Source: Acidimicrobiia bacterium (lineage in GTDB: Bacteria; Actinomycetota; Acidimicrobiia; Spongiisociales; UBA5794). Taken from it: a stretch of 64,000 nt of DNA. This document shows positions 11,188 through 20,505 of this stretch, in pieces. Positions within the stretch are counted from its first letter, which is position 1, and each line of letters opens with the position of its first letter. The stretch is from contig JBPCTY010000002.1 in NCBI GenBank assembly GCA_051011415.1, positions 7,104-71,103 of the forward strand, written 5' to 3'. The position numbers and the translations under genes were made by a program. The notes beneath the pieces were generated by a model. That model was not told the DNA's origin and did no database searches. It saw only the letters and a list, made by a program, of their open reading frames with translations.

Positions 11188-12738
11188 CTACAGCGGAATG
11201 TTCCCGTGCTTCTTCGGTGGCATGTTCTCGCGCTTGTTGCGGAGCATCTCGAGAGATCGGATGAGTCGTGGGCGGGTCTCTCTTGGTTCGATGACGTCGT
11301 CGACGAGACCGTGTTCGGCGGCGACGAACGGGTTGTTGAACTTCTCCTCGTAGTCCGCAACGAGCTCAGCTCGCGCTTCGTCTGCATCATCGGCCGCAGC
11401 GAGGTCCCTTCGGTGGATCACGTTCACTGCTCCCTGAGCGCCCATGACTGCAATCTCGGCTGAAGGCCAAGCGAACACGACGTCTGCACGAACTGCACGC
11501 GAGTTCATCACGAGGTAGGCCCCGCCGTAGGCCTTCCGCGTAATGACCGTGATGCGGGGAACTGTTGCCTCCGAGTATGCGTACAGCAGCTTCGCCCCAT
11601 GGCGGATGATGCCGTCGTGCTCTTGGCCGACCCCCGGAAGGAAGCCAGGCACATCGACCAGCGTGACGATTGGGATATTGAACGCATCACAGAACCTGAC
11701 GAACCGCGCCGCCTTGACTGATGCGTCTATGTCAAGAGTGCCGGCCAGAACGGCTGGTTGGTTGGCGACCACACCAACTGTGTATCCGTCGAGACGGGAC
11801 AGGCCGACCACAATGTTGCCGGCGTAGTGCTCGTGGACCTCGTAGAACTCGCCATCGTCGACGATCGACTCGATGACCTCAACCACGTCGTACGGCTGGT
11901 TTGCCGAGTCAGGAACAATCGTTGTGAGGTCTTCGTCCATCCGGTCTGGAGCATCCATCGGGGTGAAGAACGGTGGAACCTCCATGTTGTTGGAGGGAAG
12001 GAAGGAGATCATGTAGCGAATCTCGTCGAGTGCCTCGCGGTCGTCAGCGGCGACAAAGTGTGTGACCCCACTCTTGGATGAGTGTGCGTGCGCACCCCCA
12101 AGATCGTCCATCGTGACTTCTTCACCAGTGACGGTCTTGATGACGTCTGGTCCCGTGATGAACAGGTGACTGGTGCCCTCGACCTGATAGATGAAGTCGG
12201 TGAGGGCGGGGGAGTAGACGGCGCCGCCGGCACACGGACCCATAATCACTGAGATTTGCGGGATGACGCCGGAGGCTCGAACGTTGCGCTCGAAGATTCG
12301 CCCGTAGCCATTCAGTCCAAGGACACCCTCCTGAATTCGGGCTCCACCCGAATCCTTGAGACCGATGATCGGTGTTCCCGTCTCCATCGCAAGATCCATG
12401 ACCTTGCAGATCTTGTTTGCAACGACCTCGCCGAGGCTTCCCCCGAACCGTGTGAAGTCCTCTGCAAAGACGAATACGTTTCGGCCGTCAACGGTGCCCC
12501 AGCCGGTGACAACGGCATCACCGTACGGACGCTTTTGATCGATACCGAAGTTCGTCTCGTGATGCTGGACGAAAGGATCTATCTCCTGGAAGCTTCCCTT
12601 GTCGAGAAGCAGCTCGATCCGCTCCCTTGCGGTGAGCTTTCCGGCATCGTGCTGGCGTTCAACGGCGCGCTGGTTGTCGGGTTGGCGCGACTTCTCTCGC
12701 AGGGCTCGAAGCCGCTCAATGTTTTCTTCAGTGCTCAC
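11188..12738 (-). CDS. pccB: Propionyl-CoA/acyl-CoA carboxylase beta subunit (carboxyltransferase)
   Basis: Full-length carboxyltransferase similarity, for example GKLTARERIELLLD and GGARIQEGV. The start was trimmed to GTG 12738 (VSTEENIERL) because the longer ORF runs into the divergent birA start. Confidence 0.92.
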   Translation of the reverse strand: MSTEENIERLRALREKSRQPDNQRAVERQHDAGKLTARERIELLLDKGSFQEIDPFVQHHETNFGIDQKRPYGDAVVTGWGTVDGRNVFVFAEDFTRFGGSLGEVVANKICKVMDLAMETGTPIIGLKDSGGARIQEGVLGLNGYGRIFERNVRASGVIPQISVIMGPCAGGAVYSPALTDFIYQVEGTSHLFITGPDVIKTVTGEEVTMDDLGGAHAHSSKSGVTHFVAADDREALDEIRYMISFLPSNNMEVPPFFTPMDAPDRMDEDLTTIVPDSANQPYDVVEVIESIVDDGEFYEVHEHYAGNIVVGLSRLDGYTVGVVANQPAVLAGTLDIDASVKAARFVRFCDAFNIPIVTLVDVPGFLPGVGQEHDGIIRHGAKLLYAYSEATVPRITVITRKAYGGAYLVMNSRAVRADVVFAWPSAEIAVMGAQGAVNVIHRRDLAAADDADEARAELVADYEEKFNNPFVAAEHGLVDDVIEPRETRPRLIRSLEMLRNKRENMPPKKHGNIPL

Positions 12739-12811
12739 TGATCCTCCCGGTAGGCTCGGCCGGGTTCGGAAGTACGACTCGCCGGAGCACCCGTTGGCTA
12801 CACAATACGAC

Positions 12812-13483
12812 ATGATTTGTCTCGATCAGGTCGACTCGACCCAGGACGTCGCTCGCGCTCGTCTTGAGAGCTCCGACCGACCGGTGCTCGTCGTGGCCGA
12901 CCGCCAGGTTGGCGGAAGGGGCAGGCAGGGCCGGGTCTGGGTGGAACCAGATCGTGGAATGTTCAGCTCCCTTGCATTCGCACCCGACTGGGAACCAGAT
13001 ACCTGGCCTCTGCTGCCCCTTTGCGTCGGCGTCGCCGTGAGAAGGGCTGTTGTTGCGTTCACACGCGAGGCGCTCGAACTCAAATGGCCAAACGACCTCC
13101 GGCTGCCTCATGGCAAAGCCGGTGGCGTGCTTGTCGAGTCATCCGACGGCGTCGTCACCGCGGGCTGTGGGCTGAACCTGTTCTGGGAGGAGCGCCCGGA
13201 CTTCGCATCCGCGCTGTTCGATATGGACCCAGGGCCGCAGATGGCGCAGGATCTCGCCGCTGCCTGGGTCGTCGAAATGCTCGCGCTCGTCAAGGCTGGA
13301 GCCGACAGCTGGCCAGAGGCCGAATATCGCGACGCTTGCGTAACGCTCGGAGCGCACGTTGAGTGGGATGGCGGCTCAGGAACGGCCGTCGACCTCGGAT
13401 CGACTGGTGCCCTGATCGTTGAAACGACCGATGGGCGTACAGAGATCGCCTCAGGTGATGTGCATCTGCGGAGCCACCGCTAG
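12812..13483 (+). CDS. birA: Biotin--[acetyl-CoA-carboxylase] ligase, short form without an N-terminal HTH
   Basis: It has the GRGRQGRVW motif and starts at ATG 12812 (MICLDQVDSTQ). It is divergent from pccB; I recall the same arrangement for birA/accD5 in mycobacteria. Confidence 0.85.
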   Translation: MICLDQVDSTQDVARARLESSDRPVLVVADRQVGGRGRQGRVWVEPDRGMFSSLAFAPDWEPDTWPLLPLCVGVAVRRAVVAFTREALELKWPNDLRLPHGKAGGVLVESSDGVVTAGCGLNLFWEERPDFASALFDMDPGPQMAQDLAAAWVVEMLALVKAGADSWPEAEYRDACVTLGAHVEWDGGSGTAVDLGSTGALIVETTDGRTEIASGDVHLRSHR

Positions 13484-13513
13484 CCTCCTGTCCGCATTCA
13501 AGAGGAGCGGTGG

Positions 13514-14185
13514 ATGGCTGTACAAGCCGGCGAGGGCACAACCGACATCATTTACGGAACCACGTCGGTTCCTGCTGGCCCGCGTACGTTTGGCGGCTAC
13601 CTCGCCAGACCAAATGGGCAAGGCGAGTGGCCGACCGTGCTCGTGTACGGCCCTGACCCCGTGCCGTCGTCCTCGATCAAGAATATTTGCCGGGTTATCG
13701 CCCGTCATGGCATTGCTGCGCTTGCTCCTGATTTGGTTGGCGCCAAAGACGCCGACCTGTTGGTCTCCACTTCGATGAGTGCGTTCGTTCGCAACCAGGA
13801 AGGCGACTGGTCCAACGCCGAATACGGATTCGGAGTGCTCGCCTTCGAAGGTGGTGTGGTCCCAGCTTCCGACCTCGCTGCAGCCGATGGTCGAGTGCTC
13901 GCATTTGCCTCGGTCGGTTCAGCGCTGGATGGTTCCGTCGTTGAGTCTCTCGCCGCTGCCGCTATCTCCGGTCTCTATGTCGGAAGCCGGGCCGATGAGC
14001 CAAGCGACGCCGAAGGCTCGACTGCAGCGAGCGACCGGCTCCCGCAAACCACTTTTGCGGTGTACCCAGATGCCGAGACAGGCTTCTGGAATGACGATGC
14101 TGACGGTTTTGAAGAGCGCCACTATGACGATGCAATCGACAGGGTTATCGGCTTCTTCGGCGAAACCCTGCCACCGCGAGTTTGA
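13514..14185 (+). CDS. Dienelactone-hydrolase-fold protein, apparently lacking the catalytic nucleophile and His
   Basis: The layout is DLH-like (GYLARP...PTVLV..., C-terminal YPDA..GF...Y..A..R...FF). The nucleophile elbow reads AFEGG instead of G-x-C/S-x-G-G, and the usual HGF reads TGF. Confidence 0.7.
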   Translation: MAVQAGEGTTDIIYGTTSVPAGPRTFGGYLARPNGQGEWPTVLVYGPDPVPSSSIKNICRVIARHGIAALAPDLVGAKDADLLVSTSMSAFVRNQEGDWSNAEYGFGVLAFEGGVVPASDLAAADGRVLAFASVGSALDGSVVESLAAAAISGLYVGSRADEPSDAEGSTAASDRLPQTTFAVYPDAETGFWNDDADGFEERHYDDAIDRVIGFFGETLPPRV

Positions 14186-15129
14186 CCATGAGCCGAGCAG
14201 TCGTCACCGGGGGTGCAGGGTTCATCGGGTCGAATCTCGTGGACCGGCTGGTCGATGAGGATGTCGAGGTGCTCGTGCTCGACAATCTCAGTTCCGGATC
14301 ACTCGGAAATCTGAAGGACGCCCGTGCACGTGGGAACGTCCAGATCCACCAGATCGACATCTCGGACAACGACGTGGTTGGTTTGGTGAGAGACTTCAGA
14401 CCAGACAATGTCTTTCACATGGCAGCCCAGATCGACGTCCGGCGGTCGGTGACCGACCCCGCATTTGATGCCCGGATCAACATCGTCGGCACGATCAACA
14501 TGCTTGAAGCGGCTCGACACGCGGATGTGGAGCGGTTCGTGTTCTCCTCGTCGGGTGGAGCGACATTTGGGGACACGTTCAACATCCCAACTCCCGAGGA
14601 TCAGAAGCGGCGACCGGAGTCTCCGTACGGGGTGTCGAAGTACGTCGTTGAGGAGTACTTCCGCTACTACCACGACACGTATGACCTGGACTTCATGTCC
14701 CTCGGGTTTGCAAACGTCTACGGACCAAGGCAGGACCCGCACGGCGAGGCTGGCGTCGTGGCGATATTCATCGGCGATCTGCTTGCCGGGCGAACACCGA
14801 CCATTTACGGAGACGGCGGTCAAACCAGGGACTTCGTTTTCGTCGAAGATGTCACCGATGCCATGGTCCGCGCATCGCGGATTGGCGGGTCGCGCTATCT
14901 CAACATCGGCACGGGTGTCGAGACATCGGTTGCTCGGCTCTATGAGTACATCGTCGAGGCAACAGGGGCAGACATTGCCCCGACGTTGGCTGCAGCACGC
15001 AAAGGCGAACAACTCCGCTCTTGTCTTGATGCGTCAGCTGCTCAGAAGCATCTTGGATGGGAGCCGTGGACACCAATCGAAGACGGCATCGGCCGCACGG
15101 TCGAGTGGTGGAGATACACCGAGGCCTAG
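14182..15129 (+). CDS. galE: NAD-dependent epimerase/dehydratase (UDP-glucose 4-epimerase-like)
   Basis: Rossmann motif GGAGFIGSNL and catalytic YGVSK. Its start overlaps the preceding stop by 4 nt. Confidence 0.85.
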   Translation: MTMSRAVVTGGAGFIGSNLVDRLVDEDVEVLVLDNLSSGSLGNLKDARARGNVQIHQIDISDNDVVGLVRDFRPDNVFHMAAQIDVRRSVTDPAFDARINIVGTINMLEAARHADVERFVFSSSGGATFGDTFNIPTPEDQKRRPESPYGVSKYVVEEYFRYYHDTYDLDFMSLGFANVYGPRQDPHGEAGVVAIFIGDLLAGRTPTIYGDGGQTRDFVFVEDVTDAMVRASRIGGSRYLNIGTGVETSVARLYEYIVEATGADIAPTLAAARKGEQLRSCLDASAAQKHLGWEPWTPIEDGIGRTVEWWRYTEA

Positions 15130-16004
15130 AGCTCGTCGAGGTGCCTTGGCCAATCGTCCTTGAGCAGACGCGACATTGATCGATCGGCAAGGATCTTTCC
15201 GTTGGTCTGACAGCCAGGGCAGTAGTTCGTTTCTCTCCCACCACTGACGATCTTCTGGATCGGTGCTCCGCACACGGGGCATTCCTCACCGAACTTCCCA
15301 TGCACCGCCATATCTGGATGGAACGCCGTGACCTTGGTGGGGAATCCATCGCCGGTCTCTTCAATCCGTATACGAGTCCATTCCCCAAGTACCTGCTTGG
15401 TCACGATGAAGAGCTCAGCGATCTCCTCATCGGAGAGGTTGGTGTTCATCTGTGTTGGGCTGAGCTTCGCCACATGCAGTATCTCGTCGGCAAACGCACC
15501 ACCGATACCTGAGATGTTGCGCGCATCGGTCAGGGCTCGCTTCAGCGTGTGCCGCCCAGCGAGGAGTGCGTCCTTGAACTCTTCCGGCGTGGCATCGGCG
15601 ACCTCGATCCCTCCAGGATCAACGTCAGCGAGGTCGTCGTGTCGAACGACGGAGAGAGACGCTCGGCGCTTGGTGCCAGCTTCCGTGAGAAGCAGCGATC
15701 CGGTAGAGAAGTCGAATGCCGCCAGCCCACCGCGCTTTGGTACAGCTTTGGGTTCGTCGAGCCATCGGAACCGACCTGCCACCATGAGATGGATGATGAG
15801 ATGAAGATCATCATCCAAGTCGATCGACACCCTCTTGCCGATCCGGTGTAGCTGCGTTACAGCCTTCCCCTCAGCTGCTGTGACAGGGGGATCGAATGTC
15901 TTGAGCAACGAAAAGGACGCAACGCGCACCTTTTCAAGAGTTGCGCCCACAATGCGAGGCCGAAGTGCATGAAGGTATGCCTCGATCTCGGGAAGCTCAG
16001 GCAC
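15126..16004 (-). CDS. Fpg/Nei-family DNA glycosylase/AP lyase
   Basis: It has the N-terminal PELPEIE catalytic end and a C-terminal zinc finger CPVCGAPI...YCPGCQ. Its stop overlaps the galE-like stop in a shared CTAG. Confidence 0.88.
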   Translation of the reverse strand: MPELPEIEAYLHALRPRIVGATLEKVRVASFSLLKTFDPPVTAAEGKAVTQLHRIGKRVSIDLDDDLHLIIHLMVAGRFRWLDEPKAVPKRGGLAAFDFSTGSLLLTEAGTKRRASLSVVRHDDLADVDPGGIEVADATPEEFKDALLAGRHTLKRALTDARNISGIGGAFADEILHVAKLSPTQMNTNLSDEEIAELFIVTKQVLGEWTRIRIEETGDGFPTKVTAFHPDMAVHGKFGEECPVCGAPIQKIVSGGRETNYCPGCQTNGKILADRSMSRLLKDDWPRHLDEL

Positions 16005-16082
16005 GTTGCCAGCCTTCAGCTGCCTGGCCGTTCCGAGCGCGTATAGATTCGTACACCACTTCGCCGGAAGCGAGCCGGCCGA

Positions 16083-16781
16083 TCATCGAAACATGTCCTC
16101 TTCGGCAGGTCTCACGAGCTCGCTCGCTCGCCCCGTACCGGGAATGTTGAGGCCGCGCACCACAGCAGCCGGGATTCCTGTCGCCTTACCCATCACGAGG
16201 TCGGCCGCCGCTGCGATCTCGTCCACGATCGCAACCTCAGTCACGTTCAGTTCGTTTCCATGCGTATCGACCGTTCCACGGAGATCATCGATCGCTCTCA
16301 CGCCGCTGAGGCCAATCGCGACGTCGACCAGCCCCCTCCGCCACGGGCGCCCGAACGTGTCGGTGATCACGACCCCGATGCGTGCTCCTGACAGACGCTC
16401 CATCAGCGTGCGCAGACGATGGGCCGAGCTGTCGGGGTCCTTTGGGAGGAGGATGGCGTATCCATCGGCCACGTTCGATCTGTCAACCGCAGCATTTGCG
16501 CAAATGAACCCGTGCTTTGTCTGCGTGATGACTAGATCGCCGCGTCGGCGCACGATCGTCGCTGCTTCACTTTCGACGAGCTGTCGATAGGAAGCTTCGT
16601 CGGCGATCTGCACAACCTGCCCCTCTTGCTTGGAGACAACCTTGTGGGTTACAACGACGACGTCTCCGTCTGCCAGCCGTTCGCCTGCCTCTGCAATCGC
16701 TGCGTGGATAAGGCCTGCGAGATCGTCGCCGGCGTGAATCTCGCCGATTCCAGTGACAGGGAAGATGCGGATCTCACCCAT
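16083..16781 (-). CDS. cofE: Coenzyme F420-0:L-glutamate ligase, single-domain CofE type
   Basis: CofE-like motifs are present (VVVTHKVVSKQEG, NAAVDRSN, LLPKDPD). At 232 aa it has no C-terminal nitroreductase-like domain. Confidence 0.88.
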   Translation of the reverse strand: MGEIRIFPVTGIGEIHAGDDLAGLIHAAIAEAGERLADGDVVVVTHKVVSKQEGQVVQIADEASYRQLVESEAATIVRRRGDLVITQTKHGFICANAAVDRSNVADGYAILLPKDPDSSAHRLRTLMERLSGARIGVVITDTFGRPWRRGLVDVAIGLSGVRAIDDLRGTVDTHGNELNVTEVAIVDEIAAAADLVMGKATGIPAAVVRGLNIPGTGRASELVRPAEEDMFR

Positions 16782-17745
16782 GCGTCATCGTCTCCAGGAC
16801 ATGAGAGGCAAACGACCGGCCGCGCTCATCCGGTGTGAGACGCGTGTCGCACGGCTCAACCCGGATGTCGAACTCGGACCCGAGAGTTTGATCGCGTGCG
16901 TCGCCAGAATCGATGAAGAGCGTGTCCACATGGCGAGCGTACGCCTCGAGCACGCCTCTGGTGCCGGGTGGGAGTCCAAGTCCATGCATCACCTCCCTCG
17001 CTGGGCCCTTGAGTGCGGATCCGCCGAACAAAGGACTTACGGCTGCGGTGTTGGCATGCCGCACGACCGCTGCATCGATCTCATCGATGGCAAGGATCGG
17101 CCAGATTGAGAGCGGTGGGTTTGAAGGGGCGATCAGCACCGTGTCTGCTTCCCCTATCGCATCGATCACACCCGGAGCTGGTTTGGCATCGACTGCACCG
17201 TGATAGGCGATTGCTTGCACTGCATCGCTGTGCTGTCTGTCGACGAAGTATTCCTGGAACGGAAGCCATGAGGCGTCGGCAATCTCGACGAAGGTTCGCA
17301 GCAGGTCGTCGCTCGCCGGCAGAAGAGTGATGTCGTCGAGACCGAAGTTTGCCGCAAATCGTTTGGTGACTGCGCTCAATGGCTCGCCGTCCTGAAGCAG
17401 CAGTGTTCGTGCCATACACAGACCGAGGTCGAGGTCCCCGAGGGTGAACGAGGTGTCGATGCCCTGTTGGTCAAGGGAATCCATCACCGATGTGGTGTCG
17501 TTCTCTCTGCCCCAACCGTGCGGTCCGACGACATCGGCAAGCGTGTAGAGCACTGTGTCAGGGTCGGGAGACACATGAACGCCGTATCGTTCTGTATCGT
17601 CACCCACATTCACGATGACCGTGAGCAGGCCAGGGTCGAGAACCGCCCGCAAGGCGCGGGCCATCCTCGCACCTCCAACTCCTCCGGCGAGCAACGTCAC
17701 CCGGTGATTGCTGTATCGCGGATTCGAACCCAGAATGCACCTCAC
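16774..17745 (-). CDS. cofD: 2-phospho-L-lactate (or EPPG) transferase, F420 biosynthesis
   Basis: CofD/FbiA similarity, for example LAGGVGGARM and NPPLSIWPIL. It overlaps the cofE start by 8 nt. Confidence 0.9.
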   Translation of the reverse strand: MRCILGSNPRYSNHRVTLLAGGVGGARMARALRAVLDPGLLTVIVNVGDDTERYGVHVSPDPDTVLYTLADVVGPHGWGRENDTTSVMDSLDQQGIDTSFTLGDLDLGLCMARTLLLQDGEPLSAVTKRFAANFGLDDITLLPASDDLLRTFVEIADASWLPFQEYFVDRQHSDAVQAIAYHGAVDAKPAPGVIDAIGEADTVLIAPSNPPLSIWPILAIDEIDAAVVRHANTAAVSPLFGGSALKGPAREVMHGLGLPPGTRGVLEAYARHVDTLFIDSGDARDQTLGSEFDIRVEPCDTRLTPDERGRSFASHVLETMTHG

Positions 17746-20505
17746 ATGTCAATGACCCCTACCAGACATGCCACCGTCGCAACGATTGTCGTTGCTGATG
17801 CTTCCGGCATTCTGGAAGACACAGTTGCAGCCGTAGGGCGGCAAGTGTACGAGGCCTCGGAACCCGCGATCGTCGGCGGCGAGGGCGATTCGGCTCGCAC
17901 CCTTGCCGAAGCCGTGGAGGCGCTTGATCGTTCTATCCAATACGTCTGGGTTGTGCGTGAAGGTGCGGTTCCTCTTCCGGACGCCCTCTCGGCGCTGGTC
18001 GCAGATGCAGACCGGACGGGTGCTGGCATCGTTGGTTCAAAGATCGTCGGCACCGACCGCGTGCTCGAAAGCGTGGGATTGGTCACGGATGCATTCGACG
18101 TTCCGTACACCGGGCTCGACGACTCGGAGCTGGATCAAGGGCAGTACGACGTCGTGCGTGACGTTGCGGCGGTTGCCGGAGTCTCGATGCTCGTCCGTAG
18201 GGATCTTCTCCATGGTCTTGGTGGTGTTGATGAGCGGCTTGCGCCTCTCGCAGCCTCAGTCGATCTGGCTCAGCGTGCAAGGCTGAAGGGCGCACGAATT
18301 GTCGTTAGCCCTGCTTCAGAAGTCACCTACGACTGGCCGGATCCCGGTCGCAAACGTTGGCGTGAAGATGCATCCCGCATTCGTGGCTATACGAAGGTCT
18401 ACGGATGGCTCACATTGTTGTGGGTCGTTCCGCTGGACTTCCTGATCGGGATCGTCGAAGCCATCGTGTCGCTCTTCTTCGGCAAGTGGCTTGTGATCGA
18501 CTTCTTCCGTGTCTGGGGCTGGAACATTGGTGTGTTCCCCTCGACGTACGGAGCCCGCCGCAAAGCGCGCGCAAAACGATCGGCGAGCGAAGCCGAGCTG
18601 TTCCGCTTCCAACGCAGGGGGAGCGTCAAGATCAGTGGGCTCGCGAGCCGCACGATGTCGTCAATGCGAAGACGGCTCCCTGGCGACGACACGCTCACGG
18701 TCGAGTCGATCGGTCGAGACGTACGCCAACCGGCGTTCATCGTTGGCGCCCTTGCTGTGCTTTTCGTGTTGGTCTCGGCTCGCAGTATTTGGTCGGACGG
18801 GCTGCCTGCGGTTGGCTACACCATGCCCTTCCCGTCGAACGGATGGGATGCGCTCGCCGGCTATGCCGGCGGATGGAACCCAGCCGGTCTTGGATCCGAG
18901 CTCGCATTGCGCCCACTTCTCGGGATCGCTGGAATCGCAAAGGTCGTGACGCTTCATTCGGGTCACCTTGCTGAGTATCTGCTCGGTGCCGGAGCCATGT
19001 TGTTTGGAATCTGGGGTGTCATGCGGTTGCTCCGCACATGGTCGATCGGAGCCGCACCAGGTTTGCTGGCCGGCGTGGTCTTCGTTGCCGGGCCAACGGC
19101 TCAGGGTCTTGCAGGGAATACGCACATCGGTACGCTGCTGGCGCTCGGCGCTCTGCCTTGGGCGATCAGGGCATGCGTTGCCCCGTTGCGCGAGGGCTTC
19201 AGGCCGGCAATCGGACGAGTCGCAGGCGTCGTTCTCTGGTTTGGATTGCTCGGCGCCCTTGCCCCGCTTCTTCTTCTTGTCCCGCTCCCAGCGATCTTCT
19301 TGCTCGCTCTTCTTCGGTTCAAGGATTCAGGGCTGTGGAAGGCAACCATTCTCGCGATGGTCGGGACAGCCGGCGGTGCGCTGCTGCTGAGCCCGTTCAT
19401 CTGGGAACACTCCTTTGAGGCGATCGCAAGAGCCGGCTACGCCTATTGGTCGATTTCGCCCGTACTCGCTGTGGCTGGAGTGGTGATCGGTGCAGCAGCT
19501 GTCTTCGGGTCGGATCGGGTGCTTGGCCTGATTGCTGGCTGGGGTGCCGCACTTGCTGCGATTGGGTTCTTCGTTTCACGAGGTGGGTCATTTGGCTTTG
19601 GCACCGAGGCTGAATCAGCTGGACTCGCCGTAGCCGGCCTTGGACTGGCTGTCCTGATCGGCGTAACTGCCGAGTCGGTGACCAACCCGGAGCTTGCATC
19701 GTGGAAGCGTGTGCTGACCGGAGTTGGCTCTGTCGCAGTGGTCTTCTTCCTGGTGTCGGCGATGGTGATCGTCCTTGGTGGAAGGCTCGGCCTCCCAGGG
19801 GATGTGTACGTTTCGACCCTGTCGTTCACGATGGCAAACGAAGGGGAGGCCGAGAGGTCCCGCGTGCTCATCGTGGGCCCCGAGCACCTGATGCCGGGCG
19901 ACAGCAGAGATATTCAGGGTGGTGCGTACCGAGTCGTGAGCGCCCCAGCTCCAGACCTTGGCGAACCACGCCTCGCTCCACGAGGAGCTCTCGACGATGC
20001 GCTGTATGTCCAGCTCGAAAGGGTGATCGCAGGCGAGACTCGCCGTGCGGGTGCGGAACTCGCGGCGTTCGGTGTTCGTTGGATCGTGGTGATGGGGGAT
20101 AGCGAAGGCACGGACGGTGATCCAGCTTCTCTTGCCTGGCGTGATGTGTTTGCTGGACAACTGGATCTTCTGCCGCTCTCGGCCGGGGTGGAGAACGCAG
20201 TGTTCGTGACCGATATCGACCCCGTCGGACGTGCCCTGACGTCTACCGCAGCGTCTTGGCCCCGAGAGGGCTGGACATATGCGGGTCCACTTGAATTCGG
20301 GAAGCGTGTCTTCGTGGCAGAGAACCCAAGTCCGAACTTTGGGCCAGAGCCGTGGCAGGAAACGGCTTCGGCCAATGAGGTTTCCTCAGGGACCGGTGTT
20401 GTCACGTACTCCGCGGAGTCGGGTCCTCGCACGCAGACAATCGTTGTTGCGCTGTCTGTGATCCTGCTCGTGGCGCTCGTCTTCGTCGGTCGGAGGCGCA
20501 CATGA
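17746..20505 (+). CDS. Family 2 glycosyltransferase domain fused to a large polytopic membrane domain
   Basis: The ATG at 17746 (MSMTPT) is preferred because the track ORF start overlaps cofD on the opposite strand. The N-terminal ~280 aa are GT2-like (GIVGSKIVG..., ELDQGQYDVVRDVAAVAGVSMLVRRDLL). The rest has more than 10 hydrophobic helices and a C-terminal TM. Confidence 0.8.
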   Translation: MSMTPTRHATVATIVVADASGILEDTVAAVGRQVYEASEPAIVGGEGDSARTLAEAVEALDRSIQYVWVVREGAVPLPDALSALVADADRTGAGIVGSKIVGTDRVLESVGLVTDAFDVPYTGLDDSELDQGQYDVVRDVAAVAGVSMLVRRDLLHGLGGVDERLAPLAASVDLAQRARLKGARIVVSPASEVTYDWPDPGRKRWREDASRIRGYTKVYGWLTLLWVVPLDFLIGIVEAIVSLFFGKWLVIDFFRVWGWNIGVFPSTYGARRKARAKRSASEAELFRFQRRGSVKISGLASRTMSSMRRRLPGDDTLTVESIGRDVRQPAFIVGALAVLFVLVSARSIWSDGLPAVGYTMPFPSNGWDALAGYAGGWNPAGLGSELALRPLLGIAGIAKVVTLHSGHLAEYLLGAGAMLFGIWGVMRLLRTWSIGAAPGLLAGVVFVAGPTAQGLAGNTHIGTLLALGALPWAIRACVAPLREGFRPAIGRVAGVVLWFGLLGALAPLLLLVPLPAIFLLALLRFKDSGLWKATILAMVGTAGGALLLSPFIWEHSFEAIARAGYAYWSISPVLAVAGVVIGAAAVFGSDRVLGLIAGWGAALAAIGFFVSRGGSFGFGTEAESAGLAVAGLGLAVLIGVTAESVTNPELASWKRVLTGVGSVAVVFFLVSAMVIVLGGRLGLPGDVYVSTLSFTMANEGEAERSRVLIVGPEHLMPGDSRDIQGGAYRVVSAPAPDLGEPRLAPRGALDDALYVQLERVIAGETRRAGAELAAFGVRWIVVMGDSEGTDGDPASLAWRDVFAGQLDLLPLSAGVENAVFVTDIDPVGRALTSTAASWPREGWTYAGPLEFGKRVFVAENPSPNFGPEPWQETASANEVSSGTGVVTYSAESGPRTQTIVVALSVILLVALVFVGRRRT

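Noticed and set aside
15126-15129. Shared CTAG giving overlapping stop codons for the convergent galE-like and fpg/nei genes. The Trm112-like and lipoprotein genes have a similar overlap at 28267-28270.
   Set aside because: The overlaps are real, but they reflect trivial compaction and are not a functional element.
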